64,000 bases of DNA from an uncultured Planctomycetaceae bacterium (GTDB lineage: Bacteria > Planctomycetota > Planctomycetia > Isosphaerales > Isosphaeraceae): NCBI GenBank assembly GCA_963833985.1, contig CAWIAD010000001.1:2080001-2144000 (forward strand), read 5' to 3'. Position numbers and translations under genes: made by a program. Of the stretch, positions 53,035-62,131 are shown piece after piece. How positions within the stretch are numbered: the first letter of the stretch is position 1; each line of letters starts with the position of its first letter. Below the pieces are notes generated by a model, which saw only the letters and a program-made list of their open reading frames with translations, did not search any database and was not told where the DNA came from.

Positions 53035-55038
53035 ATGGATGCCAGCAAGATCGCACCTCAGCCCGCCCCCGGTCAAACGCTGGAGGATTCGCCCTGGTTC
53101 ACCAGGCTGGCCCCGAGGTTGGGCCTTCCGCTCTTCGTCGTCATCGCGGCGTTGCCGTCTCTGCGCCGCTTGCTCCATCCAACCATCTTTGGCGATGATG
53201 TGATCCGGATTTGCAAGCTGACCGCGCGGCCGCTTTCGGAACTTCTGTTCTCGCCTTTCTACGAGCATGTCTGTCCACTCTTCGAGTTCGTGTCGTGGAC
53301 GACCTGGCAAATGATAGGCCGCGACGTCGGCCTGGCCCCGCTCGGCTTCAGCATCGCTTCCGTCATTGCGTGGTTCCTGGTCCTGATCTTGCTGGCCATC
53401 TGGCTTGAGCGCGAGACCGGCTCGCGAACCGCCTCGCTGCTCGCCGTGGCGGTTGTGGCGCAATCGCCCCTGGTGGTTCAAACCGCGTGGTGGTACTCCG
53501 CCAGTACCTTCTCCTGGGCCATCGCCGGCATCCTGCTTGCACTCATTGGCGCCGGGCGCGCGGTGGACCGGCCGCGGCGATCGTTGCTGCTGGTCTGGCT
53601 GGGCTCGGCGCCGGGGCCGGCCGGCACATCGCTCGGTCACCTGGCCATGCCGCTGGCAATCCTCCGCGCGGTCGCGGACCCGGCGCTTTCCCGGAGGTCC
53701 AGGCTCGGCGTCATCTGCGCCGCTCTGGCGGGGACAGGCTGCTACGTTGCGGCATGCACTCTGGGCGGTGCGGATCTGCTCGGTCCATTCCGAAGCCATG
53801 GCGGGGGCATCCGTGACGCGCTCACGGGTGACTTGATGCCCAATGCCGGATCGCTCGACCTGGCGCTGGCGCTCAAGTACGCCGTCATCTTACCCGCACA
53901 GGTCCTTCTGCCTTCGTTCGTGGGCGTACCAGCTTCGTGGAGCCTCCATGCGTTGCCGGGCTGGTTCAACTGGGCGCTGGGGTCGCTGTTCCTGGGCGGC
54001 GTGGCCTGTGGCTGTCTCTGGCCAGGGCAGAGGCGGAACCGCCCGCTCCTGCTGGTCGCCGCTGGAATGGTCTACATGGGCTACGTGCTGGCGATCGCAC
54101 CCCGGATCGGCTACATCAAGGAGGGGTTCACCACCAGCGCCAACCTGGTCTACTTCCACGGATCGCGTTACCAGGTGCTGCCGTTGCTCGGCCTGGCCGC
54201 TCTCTTTGCGGTATGGCTTGCCTGTTTCGAGCGCTTGCGCCGCTGGGATGCGCGTCCCGGCAGGTCCGCGATGATGGCGAGCCTGCTTGGCCTTGTGTTG
54301 CTGGGAGTGCAATTTCCCGAGGTCTCGCGCCACTGGGTCCCATTCTTCCTGGATCATCCCGACCAGAAGCGAACGCTCTCGGCGCTGCACCGGGTAGAGG
54401 TCGTGGTGCGCGACGAGGGGCTGACGCGGACCCAGTTGCTCCGGATCAATGCTCCGGTCTTGCGGGCCTGGTGCGGGGGACTGGTGGCCAACCAGCCACT
54501 CGGGTTTCCGCTCATGATGATGATCGCCGCCCCGCAGCAGACCACCGAGGTCAAGAGCGACGACGAGGCACGTGCGCTGTTGCGCCAGCGGCTGACACGC
54601 GTCGAGAAGGCCGCGATCGGGATGGGATCGTGTGCGCCGTTCGGACCAGCGGAGCCCATTCCGGCGGCCCGCACAATTGCGGTGGCCAGGTTGGCCGAGA
54701 CGATCGACATGGAGGAATGCGGTCCCGGCAAGTACCGGGCGCCCGCTGGCCAGGGAGTGCTCTGCTATGAGTTCTCGCCGGCCGCCAGGGCACGGTACCT
54801 GGTGTTTCCCGGTCTCCGCGCCAATCAGGATTTCGCGATCCAGTGGAGTGAGGCGCCCGGCCGGTGGCATCCGGCTCAAACCCTTTACTGGCTCATACCA
54901 CCCACTCCGACCGAGATGGCAGTGATCGACCTCGGGTCGATCATGCATATGGCGGATGCGCCCATCACCCAGGTCTCGCTCCGACTGGCCAAACCCGGTG
55001 AACTCTCGCTCCAGGCCCCCCCGCGGTTGCTGCGGTGA
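53035..55038 (+). CDS. Polytopic membrane protein, possibly GT-C-like
   Basis: About 11 hydrophobic segments, an early FGDD...PFYEH motif, RY in a late loop and a soluble C-terminal domain. Confidence 0.65.
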   Translation: MDASKIAPQPAPGQTLEDSPWFTRLAPRLGLPLFVVIAALPSLRRLLHPTIFGDDVIRICKLTARPLSELLFSPFYEHVCPLFEFVSWTTWQMIGRDVGLAPLGFSIASVIAWFLVLILLAIWLERETGSRTASLLAVAVVAQSPLVVQTAWWYSASTFSWAIAGILLALIGAGRAVDRPRRSLLLVWLGSAPGPAGTSLGHLAMPLAILRAVADPALSRRSRLGVICAALAGTGCYVAACTLGGADLLGPFRSHGGGIRDALTGDLMPNAGSLDLALALKYAVILPAQVLLPSFVGVPASWSLHALPGWFNWALGSLFLGGVACGCLWPGQRRNRPLLLVAAGMVYMGYVLAIAPRIGYIKEGFTTSANLVYFHGSRYQVLPLLGLAALFAVWLACFERLRRWDARPGRSAMMASLLGLVLLGVQFPEVSRHWVPFFLDHPDQKRTLSALHRVEVVVRDEGLTRTQLLRINAPVLRAWCGGLVANQPLGFPLMMMIAAPQQTTEVKSDDEARALLRQRLTRVEKAAIGMGSCAPFGPAEPIPAARTIAVARLAETIDMEECGPGKYRAPAGQGVLCYEFSPAARARYLVFPGLRANQDFAIQWSEAPGRWHPAQTLYWLIPPTPTEMAVIDLGSIMHMADAPITQVSLRLAKPGELSLQAPPRLLR

Positions 55039-55117
55039 GGGCATCGCTCTTACAGTGGAATGAGGGTTCGCTCAAACCGATGTCAGATTTGAATCCATGT
55101 GGGAAAGGGGCGAAGCG

Positions 55118-55666
55118 ATGCGCCCACCGGCTATCTCGCTCGATCTGATCGCTGACTTGCCAAAGGTCTACCGGGTGATGATTCCACCCGCCTATGAGGA
55201 CCGGAACGGCCACATGAACATGCGCTGGTACCTGGCACTCTATGATGAGGCCGGTGATGCGCTGTACCCGCTGCTCGGGCTCAATGTGGAAGAGCTGGCA
55301 GCCTCGGGCATGGGGGGGTTCGATCTCGAGCACCACATCTGGTATCTGGCAGAGGTACGCATCGGGGACACCGTGGCCATCAGGGTGCGCCTCGTCGCAA
55401 GAAGCGAGAAGCTGCTGCATTACCTGATGTTCATGGCAAACGAGACGCGGGGCGTGCTCTCGTCGATCTTCGAATGCGTGCACGCGCATGCCGACCTGAG
55501 GATACGCCGCACCGCCCCTTTTCCCACACCGGTTGCGGCCAGGATCGACGCTTTCCTCGCCGCGCACCGTGCACTCGCCTGGCCCGCGCCGGTCTCTGGA
55601 TCCATGGCCATCCAGACCAGCCACCGGTCGCCGACCTCTCGACAGTCCGCGGTCGGCGAGTCCTGA
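55118..55666 (+). CDS. Hot-dog fold thioesterase
   Basis: DRNGHMN..WY...D, EHHIWYLAEV..GD, HADL..RR..PFP. Confidence 0.85.
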   Translation: MRPPAISLDLIADLPKVYRVMIPPAYEDRNGHMNMRWYLALYDEAGDALYPLLGLNVEELAASGMGGFDLEHHIWYLAEVRIGDTVAIRVRLVARSEKLLHYLMFMANETRGVLSSIFECVHAHADLRIRRTAPFPTPVAARIDAFLAAHRALAWPAPVSGSMAIQTSHRSPTSRQSAVGES

Positions 55667-55770
55667 CCCTGGTGAGTCATCACGCGCAAGCCAATCTGGG
55701 GTAGACCCAACAGTCGTGTCACCAGGGGCCATTTGGGGCCAAGGGAAGCGAGGCACGACCCCGCCCCGCT

Positions 55771-56318
55771 CTACGAGTGCAGCGCCCGATAGAGCGTGGC
55801 ACAGTGAACGTTGAGGACCTTCGAGGCTTCCGGGATCGAAGTCCCCTCGGTCACCAAACGGCGTGCGAGTGCAACCTGGTCGGAGATCAGCTTCGGTGGG
55901 CGGCCGAAGCGCACGCCACGCGCCTGGGCGGCCTTGCGCCCGGCATGGGTATGCTCCCTGATTAGTTCGCGCTCGAACTCTGCGATGCCCGCGAAGACCG
56001 TCAGCACCATCCGGCCCGCTGGCGACGTGGTATCCGCCCACGGTTCGTGCAGTGATCTCAGGCCAGCTTGCGCCTCGTTCAACTGCTCGGCGATCTCCAG
56101 CAAGTCCCGCGTCGACCGCGCCAGCCGGTCGAGTCGTGACACGACCACCACATCACCGGCCCGAAGCTGGTCGAGCATCCGAACTAGTTGCGGGCGATCC
56201 CGCTTCGCGCCCGTTACCTTTCTTCGTAGATCCGCTTACAGCCGACGCCCTCGAGCACCGCGCGTTGCAAGGCGAGATCCTGATCATCGGTCGAGACGCG
56301 GGCATAGCCGATCAGCAT
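55771..56318 (-). CDS. tnpR: Serine resolvase, one frameshift near 56220
   Basis: MLIGYARVSTDDQDL (catalytic Ser) joins VTGAKRDRPQL; RLDRLARS, EFERELI, GRPP, C-terminal HTH. Confidence 0.88.
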
Positions 56319-56331
56319 GTCGGGACCGCCT

Positions 56332-56444
56332 CGTTGCAAATGTCGTCGCAAAACATTCTCCTTTTGCGACAGACTTTTGCAACGCAGAAATGAGGCGTTT
56401 CACCCGTCTGCCGGGGCCGTCGCAAAAGTTAGGAGTTTCGCGAC
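56332..56444. promoter_or_regulatory. Candidate res (resolution) site
   Basis: Inverted repeats CGTTGCAAA/TTTGCAACG (56332-84), GTCGCAAAA/TTTTGCGAC (56345-70) and GTCGCAAAA/TTTCGCGAC (56419-44), between divergent tnpR and tnpA. Confidence 0.7.
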
Positions 56445-57786
56445 TTGGACGGCGATGAGCGGGACATCCCCGAGGGCTGGACCCTGACACCGGCGGACCT
56501 GACGCTCGTCATGGCCAAGGGCCAACCTGACCGCTCTGAAGGCCGAGGTCACCGCGACCTGGCCCATGACCAGCCTGCTCGACATGGTTAAGGAAGCCGA
56601 CCTGCGTCTGCACTTCACCGAGGCCCTGAAGAGCCCGACCGCCTACGAGGCCCTGGATCGGTCCGTCCTGCGACCACGGCTCTTGCTCTGCCTACACGGG
56701 ATCGGGACCAACGCCGGCTTGCAGCGCATGGCCGGGCAGGAGTCCGGGGTGACCTACAAGGACCTCGCCTACGTGCGGCGGCGCTATCTCAGCGTCGACG
56801 CGCTGCGGCGGGCGATCGCCGTCGTGACCAACGGCACGTTGCACGCCCGCAACCCGGCTGTCTGGGGCGAGGGGACGGCGGCCTGCGCGTCCGACTCCAA
56901 GCACTTCGGCGCCTGGGACCAGAACCTCACGACGCAGTGGCACGTCCGCTACGGCGGCCGCGGCATCATGATCTACTGGCACGTCGAGCGGAAATCGCTG
57001 TGCATCCACTCCCAGCTCAGGTCGCCCTCCTCGTCCGAGGTCGCGTCCATGATTGAGGGCGTCGTGCACCACTGCACCGAGATGGAGGTCGACCGCCAGT
57101 ACGTCGATTCCCACGGCCAGAGCACGGTGGCGTTCGCGTTCTGCCGGCTGCTCGGCTTCCAGCTCCTGCCACGGCTCAAGGCGATCCACAAGCAGAAGCT
57201 GTCCCGGCCGGACGTCGGCCAAGTCGACGCCTACCCGAACCTCCGGGCGGTGCTGACGAAGCCGATCAACTGGGAGCTGATCCGCCAGCAGTACGACCAG
57301 ATGGTCAACTACGCGACCGCGGTCCGCCTAGGCACGGCCGAGACCGAGGCGATCCTGCGGCGGTTCACGCGCAACAACGTGCAGCATCCGACGTACAGAG
57401 CGTTCGCGGAACTTGGCAAGGGCGTCAAGACGATCTTCCTGTGCCGCTACCTTCATGGCGAGGGGCTTCGCCGCGAGATCTACGAAGGGCTGAACGTCAT
57501 CGAGCAATGGAACGGCGCCAACGACTTCGTGTTCTTCGCCCGCCGCGGCGAACTGGCCAGCAACCGCCGTGAGGACCACGAGGTCAGTATGCTGGCGTTG
57601 CACCTGCTCCAGAACTGCATGATCTACGTCAACACGCTCATGCTACAGCAGGTGCTGGCGCAACCGCACTGGAAGCAGAAGCTCGAACTCCGCGACCTGA
57701 GCGCGCTTACGCCACTGATCTGGGAGCACGTGAACCCGTACGGCCGCTTCGAGCTTGATATGAACTCACGGATATTACTTAAGTGA
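56445..57786 (+). pseudogene. tnpA: Tn3-family transposase with large internal deletion
   Basis: 25 N-terminal codons (…[18 protein letters not shown]) are fused out of frame at 56520/56521 to the DDE region (ASDS, VDSHGQ, LLPRLK, ELGK, GLNVIE, NPYGRF). Tn3 TnpA is normally about 1000 aa. Confidence 0.88.
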
Positions 57787-58127
57787 CACGATACGCGTTC
57801 ACGGGCCGATGGTGACAATCATTCAGGGACAAACAAGGTGCGGCAGCGTGAAAGCCGATCCAGTCGACGTGGGATCAGAGGCAAGCTCGCAGGGCGCGTC
57901 GGTCTTGTCGGACCGGAGCGGATGATTCTCAGACCGAGACAAAGTCGATCCCCGCAGCACGGGCCGGACCGGTCGATTCGGCGGCCAGGCCCTGGCAGGA
58001 TAGGTCCCATGGCACGCCGGGTGGCCGGACGGTCCAACCATCTCCCTCGACCGGGGAGGGAGTCGCTGGGAAACGGCCCTTTCGCCCATGATCCCTGACT
58101 TCCGGGATCTCCCCCACCTGGCAATCC

Positions 58128-59993
58128 TCAATTTTTCACCTTGTCCCCATCATGGACCTTTCCGACTCCATCGCTGACGATCCTGTCGCCCACTTTGATC
58201 CCCGCCTCGACGACGAATTCGTCATCCACCACCGCCCGAACGGTAATCTCTCGCTTGCGTGCAACGTTGTTATCCTCGACGAAGTAAACATACCTCTTGT
58301 CGTGATCTTCGAACGTCACCCTCTTGGGGATGACGATGGCGTCCTTCAACACGCGGTTGATCGACACGGTGCCCGTCTGGTCGCGTTGCAGGATACCGTC
58401 CGGGTTCGGAAAATCCGCGCGGTGGGCGATCATCCCATTCACGTCCTTGGATCCGGCATCAATCGCACCGAGCTTGCCGGGGTGCGAGAACTTGCGTCGA
58501 TCCGCCAGCATGAGCTCGATGGCGGGACTTCCTTCGCCTTCCCGCCGTCCGGCCATAGATTCGAGGTAGCTCTTCTCCGGCACGTTGAAATAGACCCACA
58601 TCACGCTGTTGTCGGCCAAGCTCGTGAGCTTGTCGCCCTCCTTGACTTTGCTGCCCACCTGCGCGTTCAGGCGACCGACGATGCCGTCGAAAGGTGCCTT
58701 GATGGTGGCGAAGTCCAGTTCGGCCTTCACCAGGTCCACCTTAGCCTGGGCCTTCGCCAGCCTGGCCTTGGAGAGCTTCACCTCATCGTCGGAGACGGCC
58801 TTCTGCTCGGCCAACTTCATGGCGTTATTCAACTTCACTTGCGCGAAGTCTCTCTCGGCCAGCTCGACGCCCAGCCTCGCCTTGAGGATGGGCGACGTGA
58901 TCTCGAACATCCGATCGCCCGCCTTCACCGCCTGGCCTTCCTTGATCGGGATCGGCGCGAGAAACCCTTCCACGAGTGCCTGGATCTGTATGTGACGACG
59001 CGAATGGATCTGCGCTGCGTATTGTTGCTTGATGGTGACGGTGGTCGGCCGGACCGTCCGGACCGAGATCCTGGGGGCCTGGTCATCCTGCCCCGGAGGG
59101 CCTGCAATCTCCCCCGCCTCGCCCCGCGTCACGCCCGCGACGCGACCCGCGCCAACCATGCAGACGAGCGACGCGGCCATCAGGCCGGCCGCGATCATCG
59201 ACGTTTTCAAAATGGTCATCCCCCTCAGCGTCGTCCCCACCAGCGCGGCGACGGAAGCCGGGACCGTCCCGGCCGCGCCCGTCCTGACCGCCATCCGGAT
59301 CGTCGCCGAGACCAGGGACGCCGGCACGACCGCCGCGGCCTCCGCCTGGCCCGAGGCCGCGAGGATCGCGACCGAGGGGGCCACGCCCCTCCTCAGGAGT
59401 CGAGGCCGGAGCCGGACTCGGGCCTCGGCCAGGCGGCTCCGCACGGTACCGACCGCCCAGCCGAGCTGGCTCGCGGCCTCGTCGTGCGTCAGGCCCTGGA
59501 AATAGCAGAGCACCAGCGGCTCGCGGTACTTCGCCGGCAGCCGGTCGACCTCCTCATGGAGGATCGGCGCCTCATCGAGGCGATCGACGTGAGCCATGGA
59601 TTCCTCCGGCCCCGGCCCGGCATCGACCCGTTCCCGATCCCTCCGCCGCATCGCGCATCTCCGGGCGGATCGGGCGACCCGCAGCGCGACGCCGTGGAGC
59701 CAGGGCCCGAGCGACGATCGCTTGCGGATCGCGCCCGCTCGACGGACGAGGACCAGGAACGTCGCCTGGAAAGCGTCGTCGGCGTCGTTGGACTCGCGGA
59801 GCGTGTCGCGGCAGACGCGCCAGACCATCGGCCCGTGCCGCTCGACCAGCGCCGCGAAGGCTAGCTCGGCGGCCGGCCCGCCCGTCGTGAGGAAGAGATC
59901 GAGTAATTCTCCATCCGACTTCCCGACGACGGTCCCCACCCCGAACAGCGTCCGAAGCCCTGCCCCCACCGAAGTTTTGGTCCCGTATGCCAA
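58128..59993 (-). CDS. ECF sigma factor fused through a TM segment to an RND periplasmic adaptor (MFP) domain
   Basis: SDGELL, AFAALVERHGPMV, DAFQATFLVL, GTVRSRL (ECF regions 2 and 4); TM; then KEGQAVKAGD...IKAPFDGIVG...WVYFNVPE...GDRIVSDG (MFP). Confidence 0.88.
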   Translation of the reverse strand: MAYGTKTSVGAGLRTLFGVGTVVGKSDGELLDLFLTTGGPAAELAFAALVERHGPMVWRVCRDTLRESNDADDAFQATFLVLVRRAGAIRKRSSLGPWLHGVALRVARSARRCAMRRRDRERVDAGPGPEESMAHVDRLDEAPILHEEVDRLPAKYREPLVLCYFQGLTHDEAASQLGWAVGTVRSRLAEARVRLRPRLLRRGVAPSVAILAASGQAEAAAVVPASLVSATIRMAVRTGAAGTVPASVAALVGTTLRGMTILKTSMIAAGLMAASLVCMVGAGRVAGVTRGEAGEIAGPPGQDDQAPRISVRTVRPTTVTIKQQYAAQIHSRRHIQIQALVEGFLAPIPIKEGQAVKAGDRMFEITSPILKARLGVELAERDFAQVKLNNAMKLAEQKAVSDDEVKLSKARLAKAQAKVDLVKAELDFATIKAPFDGIVGRLNAQVGSKVKEGDKLTSLADNSVMWVYFNVPEKSYLESMAGRREGEGSPAIELMLADRRKFSHPGKLGAIDAGSKDVNGMIAHRADFPNPDGILQRDQTGTVSINRVLKDAIVIPKRVTFEDHDKRYVYFVEDNNVARKREITVRAVVDDEFVVEAGIKVGDRIVSDGVGKVHDGDKVKN

Positions 59994-60474
59994 GGTTGTC
60001 TAACCCCCAGTCCGGCGCGATCTCACTCTGTAGTGGCGCGAGGGCAGCAAGCCAATCTGATTTTCTCGGGAAATCGGCGAAGAAGAGCCCGAGACCCTCA
60101 TGGTCATCGCCGGCCACTCAGGCATCAACTCTCCGCCCGATCCTACTGACGAGCCGGATCAGGGAAGAACGTCACGCAGGCATGGCCTAGCCGACTTGAC
60201 CCGTGGGCTCACCCTGCACACGTCCTCAGAGGATTCCATTGCCTGCTTCGGTGTGGTCGATCAACGCGCCCGGAAGTAGCTTCGCGGGTCGACGCCTTCT
60301 GTAGGCTTGTCGCCCTCGACTCGTAAACGGCTACCTGACCCAGATGGCCCCTGGTGACACGACTGTTGGGTCTACCCCAATCTCACAGAACCGATTCCCT
60401 TCGACCCACAGGACACCGAGTGATGTCTTGGCGGCGGACTGGTCCCACCGGTAAGGAAGTGGTAAGCAAATCAA

Positions 60475-60549
60475 TCGGGCCGAGGAGATTTGAACTCCTG
60501 ACCTCTTGCACCCCAAGCAAGCGCGCTAGCCAAGCTGCGCTACGGCCCG
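60475..60549 (-). tRNA. tRNA-Pro (anticodon GGG)
   Basis: CGGGCCG acceptor stem, anticodon arm CTTGC-TTGGGGT-GCAAG, T-loop TTCAAAT. CCA not encoded. Upstream TTGACA-N16-TACAAT at 60635-60608. Confidence 0.96.
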
Positions 60550-60660
60550 ATTCCTGGCCAAGAAAAACGGCTCGTTGCCGAGCCGGCTTGTCCCTGGCGG
60601 AAATCTTATTGTAAGATACCCGGCTGATCTGTCAATCCGGCCCTGACGGGGAGCCGCTTC

Positions 60661-61596
60661 TTGGACTTCGCTGACCAGCTCATTGACGCCGTTCGGACCA
60701 AGGGCAACCCGGTTCTTGTCGGCATCGATCCTCGGCCCGAGGAACTGCCACCGGGATTCCTGGATCGGTTCCCGGGCGACCGACCCGGCATCGCGGCCGC
60801 GCTGCGGACCTTTGGATGCGATGTCGTCGACACGGTCGCCAGCCTCGTCGCGGCGGTCAAGTTCCAGTCGGCGTTCTATGAGGCGTATGGGCCCGACGGA
60901 CTGGCCGCACTCCATGCCACGGTGGAATACGCCAAGCAAAAAGGCCTGATCGTCATCTTCGACGGCAAGCGGAATGATATCGGCTCGACCGCCGAGGCTT
61001 ACGCTCGGGCCTATCTTGGCAAGGTCCCCGTGGGCGGTGCCTTCGACCCGTCCTGGCATGCCGACGCCATGACCGTCAACCCCTACTTCGGGACTGACGG
61101 CGTGCTGCCCTTCGTGAAGATCGCCGCGCGGGAACAGAAAGGCGTCTTCATCCTGCTGAAGACCAGCAACGCGTCGGCGAGCGAGTTTCAAGATCTCGTG
61201 GCCGACGGCCGTCCCGTCTATCGCCACGTGGCCGAAAAGCTCCTGCACTGGGCGAGCGGCCATCAGGGCAGGTCAGGATATCATCTGGTGGGCGCGGTGA
61301 TTGGGGCCACGTATCCGCGTCAGATCGAGGAACTTCGTACGCTGCTTCCGGGAATCCTCTTTCTCATCCCCGGGTACGGGACGCAGGGCGGCCAGGCGCG
61401 AGACCTGGCCGCCGCTTTCGATGAGAATGGCCTGGGGGCACTCATCAACAATTCGCGCGGGATCACCTTCGCCTACGAGCGCCACGCGTTTCAAGCCCGG
61501 TTCGCCGATCGCTGGCAAGGGGCCGTTGAAGAGGCCGTTCGAGAAATGATCGACGACCTGGCGGTCAATACCCCGGCCGGCCGGCTCCGCGGCTGA
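60661..61596 (+). CDS. pyrF: Orotidine-5'-phosphate decarboxylase
   Basis: VGIDP, VKFQSAFYE, DGKRNDIGST, KTSN, GAVIGAT, LIPGYGTQGG, NNSR. Confidence 0.95.
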   Translation: MDFADQLIDAVRTKGNPVLVGIDPRPEELPPGFLDRFPGDRPGIAAALRTFGCDVVDTVASLVAAVKFQSAFYEAYGPDGLAALHATVEYAKQKGLIVIFDGKRNDIGSTAEAYARAYLGKVPVGGAFDPSWHADAMTVNPYFGTDGVLPFVKIAAREQKGVFILLKTSNASASEFQDLVADGRPVYRHVAEKLLHWASGHQGRSGYHLVGAVIGATYPRQIEELRTLLPGILFLIPGYGTQGGQARDLAAAFDENGLGALINNSRGITFAYERHAFQARFADRWQGAVEEAVREMIDDLAVNTPAGRLRG

Positions 61597-61745
61597 AGAG
61601 TTGACGATGGAAAGTGCAGGCGCCATCCTGGCTGTTAAATAGGTCCCCGTAAGATGGAAAGTGTGGAACGACCGCCCGGAGCCAGCCGAGGGCGGCTGGC
61701 CCACTTTCCAAGAGGCGAGGATCTATTTAGTGACGTTCCATCGGC

Positions 61746-61991
61746 TCAGAATTCCGGAAGCGTTCCCTGCTTCACGGCCCGGCGAACCATGAAGGCTCCC
61801 GTGGTGAGGAGTGAGAACGGAGCCCCGAGCAGGAGCATGATGCTCCAGTTGTAGCCGCGCGCCATGTTCGCGACATCTTCAGCGGGCGCGGAGACAGCCT
61901 CCTTGCAGTTCGGGCAAGCGGAGGCCGAACCAGCCAGGCCGATCGCCAGCACACCAGCCAGTGCCACGTTCCGGAACCGAAGAAGAGTCAT
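61746..61991 (-). CDS. Small membrane protein with CxxC after the signal peptide (81 aa)
   Basis: ASA-CPNCK, GYNWSI followed by a TM. Upstream TTGACG-N17-TACACT at 62087-62059. Confidence 0.7.
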   Translation of the reverse strand: MTLLRFRNVALAGVLAIGLAGSASACPNCKEAVSAPAEDVANMARGYNWSIMLLLGAPFSLLTTGAFMVRRAVKQGTLPEF

Positions 61992-62131
61992 ACAAGACCT
62001 CTCGCGAGAAAAGCAACCCATGCCAGGTGCACGAAGCATGACCGGTCTGACTTTAGAAAGTGTAGTCGGATCGTCGTCACGCGTCAAACGGTGCACCCGG
62101 TGGAACTGGCAGAGCGGCAGAGCCGAACGGA

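Larger units (their letters stand above)
55698..60378. mobile_element. Tn3-family transposon, non-autonomous, 4681 bp
   Basis: 40-bp TIRs GGGGTAGACCCAACAGTCGTGTCACCAGGGGCCAT(T/C)TGGG at 55698-55737 and 60339-60378 (39/40). 5-bp TSD AATCT at 55693-97 and 60379-83. Contains tnpR, res, a deleted tnpA and one passenger gene. Confidence 0.95.

Noticed and set aside
60379..60549. tRNA-Pro as the attachment site of an integrative island
   Set aside because: I saw no integrase and no duplicated tRNA 3' end. The neighbouring element is bounded by Tn3 TIRs and a TSD about 95 bp away.
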